Of a DNA stretch of 64,000 nt, positions 9,474-18,385 are shown in pieces (the stretch's first letter is position 1; the number at the start of each line of letters is the position of its first letter). The stretch covers positions 122,288 to 186,287 of the forward strand of contig CP174359.1 of the NCBI GenBank assembly GCA_045401115.1, in the 5' to 3' direction. The stretch comes from Candidatus Phycocordibacter aenigmaticus (GTDB taxonomy: Bacteria; Patescibacteriota; Minisyncoccia; Phycocordibacterales; Phycocordibacteraceae). The translations under genes were made by a program, and so were the position numbers. Under the pieces are notes generated by a model. It had not been told where the DNA came from. It saw only the letters and a list, made by a program, of their open reading frames with translations, and did not search any database.

Positions 9474-9968
9474 ATGAGTAGACCGCCCATTACCCTCGTT
9501 GCAGCCATCGGAAAAAACCGGGAAATCGGAAAAGGTCCTGATTTGCTGTGGCGCCTCAAAGGCGACCTTCAGCGTTTTAAAGCCGTTACCACCGGCGCGC
9601 CTATCATTATGGGCCGTAAAACATATGAATCTATCGGTAGACCACTCCCAAAGCGAGTAAACATTGTCATCACTCGCGATACCTCATTCAAAAAAGACGG
9701 TGTGGTGACGGTACACTCAGTTGAACGCGCCCTTGAAGTAGCGACAAATCTCAACCCTGAACAAATATTTGTGATCGGCGGCGGCGAGATATACCGCCAC
9801 ACACTCCCTTATGCCGACACACTCGACCTCACCCGCATTGATGCTGAGGACCCCGATGCGGATGTGTTCTTTCCACCATTTGAAGACAAGTTCATCAAAA
9901 AATCCGAAGAGGAACCCCAAGAAGAAAACGGCATCTCTTACCAGTGGGTAACCTACGTACGAAATTAA
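9474..9968 (+). CDS. folA: Dihydrofolate reductase
   Basis: IMGRKTYESIGRPLPKRVNIVITR, VIGGGEIY, DVFFP. Confidence 0.97.
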   Translation: MSRPPITLVAAIGKNREIGKGPDLLWRLKGDLQRFKAVTTGAPIIMGRKTYESIGRPLPKRVNIVITRDTSFKKDGVVTVHSVERALEVATNLNPEQIFVIGGGEIYRHTLPYADTLDLTRIDAEDPDADVFFPPFEDKFIKKSEEEPQEENGISYQWVTYVRN

Positions 9969-9993
9969 AAAAGCCATCGTTAGATGGCTTTTT
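9967..9993. terminator. Bidirectional terminator
   Basis: AAAAAAGCCATC-GTTA-GATGGCTTTTT. Confidence 0.75.
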
Positions 9994-10226
9994 TAATTAT
10001 CCGAAAAATCTCCTATCAGTGTGGTACACGATCCTACCCCCATCAATAAAAGAAGTGTGGCGAGTGTTTTAAAGGCGCGGGTTTGCCAAAACTCTTTTTC
10101 CTCAAGAGATTGCGCGTTATTGGCACGTGCAGTGAACGTTTCAAACATGTCGAGAAACCTTCTTCTTATGTGCCCCTCGTGATATTTCTTAGGGAGGTTA
10201 TCATTCGCTGCTCCCTCCTTACTCAT
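9993..10226 (-). CDS. Small orphan protein with C-terminal TM segment
   Basis: MSKEGAANDN... directly after rplK, with a hydrophobic C-terminal helix. Confidence 0.55.
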   Translation of the reverse strand: MSKEGAANDNLPKKYHEGHIRRRFLDMFETFTARANNAQSLEEKEFWQTRAFKTLATLLLLMGVGSCTTLIGDFSDN

Positions 10227-10236
10227 ACCGGCCTCT

Positions 10237-10662
10237 TTAACCTTTGATTTCAATTCCCATCGAACGCGCGGTTCCTTCAAGAATTTTCATCCCCTCCTCT
10301 ACATCATCAGTATTGAGGTCAGGTAGTTTCATCTCTACTGCCTCTTTCAACTGAGCGCGAGTAAGTGAACCTGCTTTCTGAGTTGGCGTCTTTCCTGATC
10401 CTTTATCTTTACCAAGCAGTTTAAGAAGAATACGTGAAGCCGGTGGCTGTTTGAGAATAAAATCAAATGTACGGTCTTCATATACCGTAATGATTGCAGG
10501 AATAATATTCCCCCGCATCTCTTGAGTCTGAGAGTTAAACTGGTTAATGAATTCACCAATGTTAATGCCAGCAGGACCCAGCACGGTACCAAGAGGAGGA
10601 GCTGGTGTTGCGGCGCCTGCAGGTGCCTGAATCTTAATTACTTTTGTTACTTTTTTAGCCAT
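10237..10662 (-). CDS. rplK: 50S ribosomal protein L11
   Basis: AGAATPAPPLG, YEDRTFDF, GTARSMG. Confidence 0.98.
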   Translation of the reverse strand: MAKKVTKVIKIQAPAGAATPAPPLGTVLGPAGINIGEFINQFNSQTQEMRGNIIPAIITVYEDRTFDFILKQPPASRILLKLLGKDKGSGKTPTQKAGSLTRAQLKEAVEMKLPDLNTDDVEEGMKILEGTARSMGIEIKG

Positions 10663-10682
10663 AGTTAGTGTTCGTATATTAC

Positions 10683-11225
10683 CTAAATTTTCCGTACTTG
10701 CAAGAAATCGAGCTCAACGGGAGTCTCCCTACCAAACATAGAGACCAATACTTGAATCTTACCCTTATCCTCATCAATCTCACCAATGCGTCCTTCAAGA
10801 TCTTTAAACGGTCCATCAGTGACGGTTACCGGCTCACCAACCACAAAATCAATCTTATGTTTTGCGGTATCTGTCTGCATGCGCTTGAAGAGCGAATCAA
10901 GCTCTTCTTGTGAAAGAGGTACGGGGGTTGTACCAGCGCCAACGAAGCCGGTTACCCGTGGCGTGTTACGCACCACAAACCAGCTCTCATCGTCTACCGC
11001 CATATCAACAAGAATATATCCAGGGTAGATTTTTTCTTCAACCGTCTGACGCTTTCCTCCAACCACTTTAATTTTCTTCTCGGTAGGAATAACGACATCA
11101 AAAATCTTGTCCTGCATACCAAGTGAATCAATACGCTGCTTCAGGTTACGCATCACCGCATTTTCATACCCTGAATAGGTGTGCACTGCGTACCATCCTC
11201 GTTCTCCTTGTATTTGTTTAGCCAT
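10683..11225 (-). CDS. nusG: Transcription termination/antitermination factor NusG
   Basis: [31 protein letters not shown] motif [12 protein letters not shown]. Confidence 0.98.
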   Translation of the reverse strand: MAKQIQGERGWYAVHTYSGYENAVMRNLKQRIDSLGMQDKIFDVVIPTEKKIKVVGGKRQTVEEKIYPGYILVDMAVDDESWFVVRNTPRVTGFVGAGTTPVPLSQEELDSLFKRMQTDTAKHKIDFVVGEPVTVTDGPFKDLEGRIGEIDEDKGKIQVLVSMFGRETPVELDFLQVRKI

Positions 11226-11238
11226 ACCAATATTCTCC

Positions 11239-11421
11239 TTAGCGAATAATCCACTCAGTAGCGAGCGTAAATACATAATCAAGTGCACCAAGCATACCCG
11301 CTACGAAAAGCGAGATCGCGATTACTAACGCGGTGTACCCAACTGCCTGTGGCACTGTCGGCCATTTCACGTGGGTCATTTCTGCACGTACTCCTGAAAG
11401 ATAGTCTAGGAAACTTTTCAT
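11239..11421 (-). CDS. secE: Preprotein translocase SecE
   Basis: EMTHVKWPT motif plus a TM helix, in secE-nusG-rplK synteny. Confidence 0.95.
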   Translation of the reverse strand: MKSFLDYLSGVRAEMTHVKWPTVPQAVGYTALVIAISLFVAGMLGALDYVFTLATEWIIR

Positions 11422-11525
11422 ATAGTGTTCTATTTAAAAAGGCCCTTCCCGGGCCTTTTTAGATACTACCGTATGTTAAAGCACTCGTCAAACATACCCC
11501 TTTTAAGAGGCTGTGTGACCATGCT

Positions 11526-12314
11526 TTACCGAATTTCGTAGGTAATTGAAACGTTCACTCTTATTTCATCTTCACCTACCGGCAAACTTGGCGCTGCACC
11601 ACCTTTACCGTCAGCGCTACTCATGAATGCACGCTCTTCCATAGCATAGTATGTTGGTGAACCACCACTATTCTCCCAGAAGCCGGTTACACGGACCAAG
11701 CGTACACGAAGATCACTGGCCAGCTCTTTTGCTTTAGCGCGCGCGTCGTCAATCGCCATTTCACGTGCTTCAGCAAGCAGTGCATCAGGATCATCCACAG
11801 TGAAGGATGGACCTGAAAGGTTTGACACTCCTGCACCACCGAGCGCACTTAACACTTCCCCAGCTTTTTCAGTATCACGCACTTTTACTGCAACCGTTTG
11901 ACTGGTGCGATACCCAATCACCCGACGTTCATACTCCGGACATACACCACCGAAACAAGGCTGTGCCTGGTTGTATTTTGGTGAAACATTATATGATGTT
12001 GTTTTGACATCGCGCTCTTCAATACCGAGTTCCTCAACAAGCGCCAACGCAGTGTTTGTTTTTTGCGTTGCTTTCTCCTGAGCCTGTGCAACCGTGTCAC
12101 CCTCTTCAGTAACAGTAAACGTAATACGTGCAATATCAGGAACAGTAAGTACAGTTCCTTCACCTTCTACGGTAATCACGTTACTTTGATGCGCAGGTCG
12201 TGGTTCAAATAAATCGCGCACAGTACCTATCGCCTGCAACCCAAGAAGGAGTGATGCGGCTAACAGTAATACAGCGACGAGTTTTTCAATACGAGTACTT
12301 TCAAATAGTTTCAT
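11526..12314 (-). CDS. SIMPL (DUF541) domain protein
   Basis: ITVEGEG...PDIARITF, AREMAIDDARAKAKELA, VNVSITYEI, N-terminal TM. Confidence 0.9.
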   Translation of the reverse strand: MKLFESTRIEKLVAVLLLAASLLLGLQAIGTVRDLFEPRPAHQSNVITVEGEGTVLTVPDIARITFTVTEEGDTVAQAQEKATQKTNTALALVEELGIEERDVKTTSYNVSPKYNQAQPCFGGVCPEYERRVIGYRTSQTVAVKVRDTEKAGEVLSALGGAGVSNLSGPSFTVDDPDALLAEAREMAIDDARAKAKELASDLRVRLVRVTGFWENSGGSPTYYAMEERAFMSSADGKGGAAPSLPVGEDEIRVNVSITYEIR

Positions 12315-12458
12315 TGTCTTTGATTTTTTAATATAGGCTAATACCGAAAGTGTAGCATGAGGCACGAGTCTGCTCCACGTTATACTCTATCCACAGATTA
12401 GTAAAAACCGGCAACATGCCGGTTTTTATAGAAAAACAAATCCTATTTCAGAGACATA

Positions 12459-12842
12459 TTACCCATGGTAATGCTCGTCGTCAGCATCCGCCTCTGCTTT
12501 TGTAGCGTGCACTACCCCTTCGGCGTGCTCCGGTGGAGTGTAAATAGTGTAGAGTTTCAGCTCTGTCGTCGTTGATGTATTAACGATGTTGTGATTAGTA
12601 CCTTTCGGTACAATCACCACACTGCCATCGCCCAGTGTAAATTCTTGATCATCAAGAATCGCTTTCCCTTCCCCTGCTTCAATGCGCACGAACTGGTCGA
12701 GCTCATTATGAACTTCCATACCAATCTCTTCACCAGGCTTAAGACTCATTACCACTAATTGCAGTCGCGGGTCAGTGTAGAGCACTGTTCTAAAATTTTC
12801 ATTTTCGATCGCTGTCTTTTCTATATTTTCGTTGTAGTACAT
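12459..12842 (-). CDS. Cupin domain protein
   Basis: FRTVLYT, EIGMEVH...DQFVRIE, HNIVN, YTPPEH. Confidence 0.9.
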   Translation of the reverse strand: MYYNENIEKTAIENENFRTVLYTDPRLQLVVMSLKPGEEIGMEVHNELDQFVRIEAGEGKAILDDQEFTLGDGSVVIVPKGTNHNIVNTSTTTELKLYTIYTPPEHAEGVVHATKAEADADDEHYHG

Positions 12843-12880
12843 AGAGCTTAGTATAACAAACACTCTTAAACACGTACTGT

Positions 12881-13111
12881 TTAATGACGATGCAAAAGAT
12901 GACGAACAAATGCCCTTGGGTTATCAATTTCGTGGCGCAGAAAAAACCACAGCATATGTGCTATCAACAAAATAGCGTGAAGCATCAATGAAAGACCGGT
13001 TGCTGTTAACAGCGAGCCGGTGTTAATCCATAAAAAGATATTGGTAATAACAAAGGCAATAATACGCCATTCAAGTGATGCATAGAAAGAATGGAGTATT
13101 TTGTTTCGCAT
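12881..13111 (-). CDS. Small membrane protein (DUF2061-like)
   Basis: SLEWRIIAFVIT and two TM helices. Confidence 0.6.
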   Translation of the reverse strand: MRNKILHSFYASLEWRIIAFVITNIFLWINTGSLLTATGLSLMLHAILLIAHMLWFFLRHEIDNPRAFVRHLLHRH

Positions 13112-13182
13112 AATGTACCTAAATAGTAGAAGTTACTCTTACCGTAACGCATACTACGCGCGCTGCAACCGCTTATGCACAC

Positions 13183-14262
13183 TTATTGCAATGTCGTGGT
13201 CTTTGTAACAGCCGACGTATCTGTCTGTACAATGTTTAGACGAGCACGCCCTATCACTTTCCCACTCGTTGTTTCAACCGACACACGCCAGACTCCTGGC
13301 GCCGGCTGTGTGGTAAATGAGTACCCACGATACCCGCCACTCCTTCCGCCTACAATAGGAAAATGGACCGTATTTTTTGTTACCCACGTCTTTGTCTTGG
13401 TGTTGTAATATTCCCACCGATGCACTACGTCGGTATTAATTTTTGTTGGTGCAAAAACCGCCGTATACACATACGCCGCCTCTCCTGTTGCCAGGCGTAA
13501 CTCATCTCCGGTAAAGTCAAAATATCGTGCTAAGAAGCCGTCTTTTTCCTCTCGTACATGGTAGGTATCACCCACCCGACTCACTTCATAGTAAAAATCA
13601 ATATCTTTAAGCGCCAATGGAATCGGCGGTATCAGATTCGTAACGTACAGCGCCACCATAACGGTCAATACCGCAATACCGGCACGTTTTATCCCCGTTT
13701 GATGCTCCTCGTAAGATTCTTTTGCCACCAAACGCAGTGCGGTGCGAAACAAAGCAAAAACTGCTACGGCGACAATCATGCTAATAACAAACGTGAACGT
13801 GTTAATAGACCCAAACAGAATCGGCAACAGCAACGCCGTATACAACATCAGGTTAAGAAAAAAGAGTGTCGTTTGAAACAATAAACGATACCGCTTCAAT
13901 TTCAGTGCTTCGTTTCCAATGGCAGCCAACGCAACCAACACCAAAAACGGCCAGCTCTGTGCAATAGAACCACTTGCTGAATACAAAATTAAAAATGCCG
14001 AGAGCAGGTTACCCATTGAGTATTGTTGAAGCACCGGTAACCATGACCGTACTTTGGTGAAAAAACTATCCCGCTCCTCAAAAGGAGCAGAAAGTACAAT
14101 AATCGTTCCCGCCACGATACAGATATGGACCGAGAGAATAATGAGCGCGATACTCAGGTTAAGACTGCGGAACGTTATCAGATCAACAAAGAATCCAAAG
14201 ACCAACGCGACCGTCGCGAGGCGATGTTTGTATCGTTGAATGCCGTTTATGAGTTGTTTCAT
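13183..14262 (-). CDS. Multi-TM membrane protein with DUF2914-like C-terminal domain
   Basis: Many TM helices, then IPPIPL, YTAVFAP, HRW, GGRSGGYRGYS, GVWRVSVET. Confidence 0.8.
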   Translation of the reverse strand: MKQLINGIQRYKHRLATVALVFGFFVDLITFRSLNLSIALIILSVHICIVAGTIIVLSAPFEERDSFFTKVRSWLPVLQQYSMGNLLSAFLILYSASGSIAQSWPFLVLVALAAIGNEALKLKRYRLLFQTTLFFLNLMLYTALLLPILFGSINTFTFVISMIVAVAVFALFRTALRLVAKESYEEHQTGIKRAGIAVLTVMVALYVTNLIPPIPLALKDIDFYYEVSRVGDTYHVREEKDGFLARYFDFTGDELRLATGEAAYVYTAVFAPTKINTDVVHRWEYYNTKTKTWVTKNTVHFPIVGGRSGGYRGYSFTTQPAPGVWRVSVETTSGKVIGRARLNIVQTDTSAVTKTTTLQ

Positions 14263-14325
14263 CTGTATCAACTATACCGCTTATTTCACTCCCATAAAAA
14301 TAACTCGCCTGAAGCGAGTTATGTA

Positions 14326-14485
14326 TGGGGTGGGAACGGGATTCGGCGTCAGTGGACTGATGGGAATCTCACTGCTCGGCGTATTCTCGCCTGCGCTCAC
14401 GAAACCCACGGTTTCGTGGACTTCCTCCACGGGGGAACACCCAGTTCCCCCGACCCCCTTTCTGGTTCGAATCCCATCGAACACC
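14326..14485 (-). repeat. tRNA-His-associated structured element (family A core plus host-tRNA copies)
   Basis: Inverted 21/22 copy of the tRNA-His 3' end at 14464-14485, degenerate direct copies at 14326-14345 and 14359-14367, and a core shared with 24027-24076. Confidence 0.8.
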
Positions 14486-14509
14486 GCAGCATTCACTGCG
14501 TTCATGTCT

Positions 14510-14585
14510 TGGGGTGGTCGATGGGATTCGAACCCACAACCGCTGGCACCACAAACCAGAGCTCTACCGTTGAGCTACGACCACC
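14510..14585 (-). tRNA. tRNA-His(GTG) with G-1 and encoded CCA
   Basis: GGTGGTCGTAGCTCAACGGTAGAGC...CTGGT-TTGTGGT-GCCAG...GGTTCGAATCCCATCGACCACCCCA. Confidence 0.96.
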
Positions 14586-14624
14586 ATGAACGGTGCTTAA
14601 TCAAACCTGACCAAGCAAACCGTG

Positions 14625-14708
14625 TGCGCAAGAGAGGACTCGAACCTCCACGACCTAATGGTCACAGGCCCCTCAAGCCTGCGCGTCTACCAATTCCGCC
14701 ACTTGCGC
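14625..14708 (-). tRNA. tRNA-Leu(GAG)
   Basis: GCGCAAGTGGCGGAATTGGTAGACGCG CAGGC-TTGAGGG-GCCTG, long variable arm, GGTTCGAGTCC. Confidence 0.96.
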
Positions 14709-14724
14709 GTTTTTGTATTCTTAT

Positions 14725-15381
14725 CTATTTTAACTTGTTTTGCAAGGACAGACACAAAAAAAGAGGCCTATGCCTCTTTTTCTCTTCTTCCTCTGAAGGT
14801 TTTTCTTCTTCAGGTTCCTGTTCCTCGCTTTCTTTTTCTGCTTCTTCTGCGGGAGCGGGAGTTTCTTCTGGTGCCTCCTCAGCTTGTGTTGCTTCCTCTG
14901 CTGCCTTTTCTGCTGCTTCCTTCTCAGCGGCTTCAGCGGCAGCTTTTTCTTCAGCGTCTTTCGCTTCCTGCTCCTTACGCTCTCCTAGTTCACGTTCAGA
15001 TTCAGTGGTCAGCGTCACGAGTTTCATGTTACGCAACTGACGGCGAATCTCACGAGCAACCTTGTCTCGAATATAATAGAGTTTTGCACGACGTACCTTA
15101 GAACGACGGATTACTTCAATTTTATCAATAAGTGGAGAAAAAAGTGGAAACACCTTTTCAACGCCAACACCGGACATGGTCGCGCGTACGGTAAACGTCC
15201 CCCCTGGCTCATTGCCGTGTTTACGGGTAAGAACCAATCCTTCAAAGACCTGGATACGTGTCTTTCCTTTTTCTTGAATTTTCTGGTGCACGCGCACTGT
15301 GTCTCCAGCGCGGAGTCCCAAATTCTTACGCCCCTCCACGTCTACGGGAGAGATTTGTGTTGCTTCTAGTTGAACGGTCAT
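14725..15381 (-). CDS. rplS: 50S ribosomal protein L19 with acidic C-terminal tail; true stop probably near 14769 (A-run indel)
   Basis: [42 protein letters not shown]. Confidence 0.95.
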   Translation of the reverse strand: MTVQLEATQISPVDVEGRKNLGLRAGDTVRVHQKIQEKGKTRIQVFEGLVLTRKHGNEPGGTFTVRATMSGVGVEKVFPLFSPLIDKIEVIRRSKVRRAKLYYIRDKVAREIRRQLRNMKLVTLTTESERELGERKEQEAKDAEEKAAAEAAEKEAAEKAAEEATQAEEAPEETPAPAEEAEKESEEQEPEEEKPSEEEEKKRHRPLFLCLSLQNKLK

Positions 15382-15411
15382 GTAGCAGCAAAAATACCAC
15401 GCATCCTGATT

Positions 15412-16161
15412 TTAGGCAATATCCGCTATACGACGCTCTGCCTCAATAAAATCTTTCGGCAGTGGTGCGGTAAACGTTTCTTGAGGTCCTGAAGGCAAGG
15501 TAAGCGTGATCGCGCTCGCGTGAAGCGCCAATCGTTCAAACCCCAGTGCGCTCTTTTTCTTAGGCGCATACAACCCATCACACACAATAGGGTTCCCCAC
15601 TGCTTTCAAGTGCACACGCAACTGGTGCATACGTCCGGTTTTAGGGGTAAGGGTAAGGTACGTATGTTCATTACCACGGGCAATGACCGCGTAGCGTGTT
15701 TCAGCATCCCGCAGTGGTGGCTTGGCGCCAAACTCAGCAGAGCGTTTACGAAAATCACCTCGGGAACGCCCAATCGGTTTATCAATAACTCCGGAATCAT
15801 CTTTCATGCGTCCCCACACGAACGCGCGGTACTCTTTTTCAACCAGTCGGTCTTGAAATTGTGCTTTCAGATGTGTAAACGCCTCTTGGTTTCTTGCGAG
15901 CACCAACACACCACTCGTTCCTTTATCCAAACGATGCACGATGCCGGGGCGGTCAATCACGGTGCCGTTAGTAAGGGTCAACGGCTCCCCCACACCCTGT
16001 GCATCGGGGTAGTGTTCAACAAACCAATCAGCAAGTGTGTATTCGTCTCGCTTCCCATCCTTGTGAGTCGTCATACCCGATGGCTTTGCCACCACGCACA
16101 CATCCTCATCTTCAAAAATGATTGAAACGCTACGCGCCGTATCGTCGGTTTCTTTTTCCAT
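15412..16161 (-). CDS. RluA-family pseudouridine synthase
   Basis: KPSG, GIVHRLDKGTSG, TGRMHQLRVH, LHA. Confidence 0.95.
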   Translation of the reverse strand: MEKETDDTARSVSIIFEDEDVCVVAKPSGMTTHKDGKRDEYTLADWFVEHYPDAQGVGEPLTLTNGTVIDRPGIVHRLDKGTSGVLVLARNQEAFTHLKAQFQDRLVEKEYRAFVWGRMKDDSGVIDKPIGRSRGDFRKRSAEFGAKPPLRDAETRYAVIARGNEHTYLTLTPKTGRMHQLRVHLKAVGNPIVCDGLYAPKKKSALGFERLALHASAITLTLPSGPQETFTAPLPKDFIEAERRIADIA

Positions 16162-16810
16162 ATGCCTTTAGAATATCCTGAAATTCCTCTTGAGAGAACT
16201 CCGGCCAAAATGTATCGGTAAAAAACAACTCACTGTAGGCCGCCTGCCACGGCAAAAAATTAGAAAGGCGTTTCTCGCCACCAGTGCGAATAATAATATC
16301 CGGATCAGGCGCATGACTCGTCCACAAAAGCTCAGCGAACTCCTCTTCACTCACTGACACCCCTCGCGCTATCGCCTGGTTAGTCGCCGCAACGATTTCT
16401 GCGCGCCCTCCATACGGCGCAGCGATGGTAAATGAGTACTCTTTATGATGTGCTGTTTCGTTTTCTAAATCAGTCACTGCCTCGGCAAGATCTTTAGGAA
16501 GCCGCGCACGGTCGCCAGCAAATACTACCCGTACCGGAAACTCCTTAAGGCGCGCGCGAATATCTTTCACTGCCCGACGAAATAAATCAAAAAGATACGT
16601 TACCTCTTCTTCTGATCGTTTTAAATTCTCAGTTGAAAGCGCGTACGCGGTCACATGTTTCACCTCCGCATCGCGCGCCCATTGAAGGAGTTCAAGGAGT
16701 TTTTTATACCCACGCGTGTGCCCCTCATAGCTGGCCAATCCCTGCTCCCGTGCCCAGCGTCGATTGCCATCCATAATAACGCCGATAGATTGTGGTGCAG
16801 TACTATTCAT
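16130..16810 (-). CDS. uppS: Undecaprenyl (polyprenyl) diphosphate synthase
   Basis: IMDGNRRWA, STEN, IIRTGGEKRLSNFLPWQAAYSE. Confidence 0.96.
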   Translation of the reverse strand: MNSTAPQSIGVIMDGNRRWAREQGLASYEGHTRGYKKLLELLQWARDAEVKHVTAYALSTENLKRSEEEVTYLFDLFRRAVKDIRARLKEFPVRVVFAGDRARLPKDLAEAVTDLENETAHHKEYSFTIAAPYGGRAEIVAATNQAIARGVSVSEEEFAELLWTSHAPDPDIIIRTGGEKRLSNFLPWQAAYSELFFTDTFWPEFSQEEFQDILKAYGKRNRRYGA

Positions 16811-17091
16811 GAATAACGAATTATAAAATCAGTATGTATACCTGTTGCTAAACCCCACTCACTCTCTACTGTATGTACAACTGCCTGGGATGAGCCTTCT
16901 TCCAAGTGACCAAGAAGTGTTTGAAGTCGGTCGCGATCACTTTCGGCATACACAAACACACTCCCGTCTTCTTTATTCATTACTTCTCCCACGACACCAA
17001 GGTTACGCGCCTCTCGTTGTACAAAATCGCGAAAAAATACTCCTTGCACCTCTCCAACAACTGTCGCGGAAAGCGAAACACCCTTCGCCAT
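16807..17091 (-). CDS. acyP: Acylphosphatase
   Basis: GEVQGVFFR, N..DGSV. Confidence 0.92.
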   Translation of the reverse strand: MAKGVSLSATVVGEVQGVFFRDFVQREARNLGVVGEVMNKEDGSVFVYAESDRDRLQTLLGHLEEGSSQAVVHTVESEWGLATGIHTDFIIRYS

Positions 17092-17094
17092 AGA

Positions 17095-17424
17095 CTACTC
17101 AATCTCGCTCTTAAGTCGCGTGAGCCATTTATCATCAAGCGCTTTTTCAATATCAATACCTTCACTATCGGCAAACAAAAGAAGAAATCCAAGCACGTCC
17201 GCAAATTCTTTCTCAAATTCTGTACGAATCTCTTCGTCAGAAAGTCCTTTCTTTCGTCCACGCCCGGTATACATTAAGTACGCTTGCAAACACTCTCCCC
17301 ACTCTTCCGTCATCTTAAACGGATAGTAGTCACGGTCTACTTGCACATCAGGAAAATCCTGTTGATAGCGATGCATCACTTTTTTTACCTGCGCGGTCAG
17401 TTCACTGAGTGATTTATTTGACAT
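17095..17424 (-). CDS. MazG-like pyrophosphatase
   Basis: KMTEEWGECLQAYL...EFADVLG...DKW. Confidence 0.8.
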   Translation of the reverse strand: MSNKSLSELTAQVKKVMHRYQQDFPDVQVDRDYYPFKMTEEWGECLQAYLMYTGRGRKKGLSDEEIRTEFEKEFADVLGFLLLFADSEGIDIEKALDDKWLTRLKSEIE

Positions 17425-17447
17425 AGTTTTTTATAGTATTCACCGTA

Positions 17448-17792
17448 TTAAAATAAACGACTGCCATTGGGCACCGGCTTCTCGGGTGAAGTTAACACAA
17501 TATCACCTTGTTCGTCGGCAAAGCCAGTCACCAGACACTCTGACATAAAGGGACCGACCTGTTTAGGGGGAAAGTTGATCACGGCAAGTACCTGCCTACC
17601 CACCAAATCTTCTTTTGAATAGTGCTTCGTTATTTGTGCGCTCGATTTTTTAGTACCAATCTCTTCACCGAAATCTATTTCGAGCTTATACGCCGGTTTC
17701 CGTGCTTCAGGAAAATCCTGTACATCAACGACAGTCCCCACGCGCAGATCCACCTTCTCAAAGTCGCCCCAGCTTATTTCGTTCATACTCAT
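17448..17792 (-). CDS. csaA: tRNA-binding OB-fold protein CsaA
   Basis: DFEKVDLRVGT, PEARKPAYKL, SSAQIT, NFPPKQVG.FMSECLVTG. Confidence 0.92.
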   Translation of the reverse strand: MSMNEISWGDFEKVDLRVGTVVDVQDFPEARKPAYKLEIDFGEEIGTKKSSAQITKHYSKEDLVGRQVLAVINFPPKQVGPFMSECLVTGFADEQGDIVLTSPEKPVPNGSRLF

Positions 17793-17938
17793 ATATGGAT
17801 TGTAACAAAGCCGATGCTCCTCCACCATAAACGGCTCACCCTATTGAGCCGTTTATGGGACTTCACCTTTTCACTACTTTGTAGTATTCTCTTTACACAC
17901 TCAGCTTAGTGGTTTTCATGAGCTGAGAGGTGAATTGA

Positions 17939-18101
17939 AAATAGAATATAGATATGCGCGATTAGCTCAGTTGGTAGAGGTGAAGAAGGTCTGGGAGACC
18001 TTCGAACCGTTTACACCTGTAAACGAGCTGCGTGACATAGTGGTAAAAAGTAAGAATTGGAAATAGAATATAGATATGCGCGATTAGCTCAGTTGGTAGA
18101 G
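17939..18101 (+). repeat. 41-bp direct repeat duplicating the upstream flank and 5' third of tRNA-Val, with direct and inverted anticodon-arm copies in between
   Basis: AAATAGAATATAGATATGCGCGATTAGCTCAGTTGGTAGAG at 17939-17979 and 18061-18101. Positions 18018-18031 are the reverse complement of 18101-18114. Confidence 0.9.
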
Positions 18102-18150
18102 CAGCTCGTTTACACCGAGAAGGTCGGGAGTTCAAGTCTCTCATCGCGCA
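18078..18150 (+). tRNA. tRNA-Val(TAC)
   Basis: GCGCGATTAGCTCAGTTGGTAGAGC...CTCG-TTTACAC-CGAG...GTTCAAGTC...ATCGCGCA. Confidence 0.95.
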
Positions 18151-18197
18151 CCTGAAACAAAAAGAGTCCCTGCGGACTCTTTTTGTTTACAGGTGCG

Positions 18198-18325
18198 AGG
18201 CGCAGGCATATTTCATTTTTGTTGTAATTCGTGACAAAAATGAAAAGCCGAGCCTAGACCAAGCACACTTAGTTCGCGCAGTGTTGCGAAGCAACACGAG
18301 TAGACTTAGTGATGGATGGTCCACG
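18198..18325 (+). repeat. tRNA-associated element family B (copy after tRNA-Val)
   Basis: AGGCGCAGGCATATTTCATTTTTGTTGTAATTCGTGACAAAAATGAAAAGCC...CACTTAGT...CTTAGTGATGGATGG, near-identical at its start to 23804 onward. Confidence 0.85.
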
Positions 18326-18385
18326 AAAAAAAGCTGCCAGCCTCATCACCAAAAAACAGCATCTCTCGATGCTGTTTTTTCTTAC

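Noticed and set aside
14125-14589. ORFs across the tRNA-His/Leu region
   Set aside because: They are translations of tRNA and element sequence in shadow frames.
17958-18031. Second or intron-containing tRNA-Val
   Set aside because: There is no T-arm or 3' acceptor strand, and the intact gene follows at 18078.
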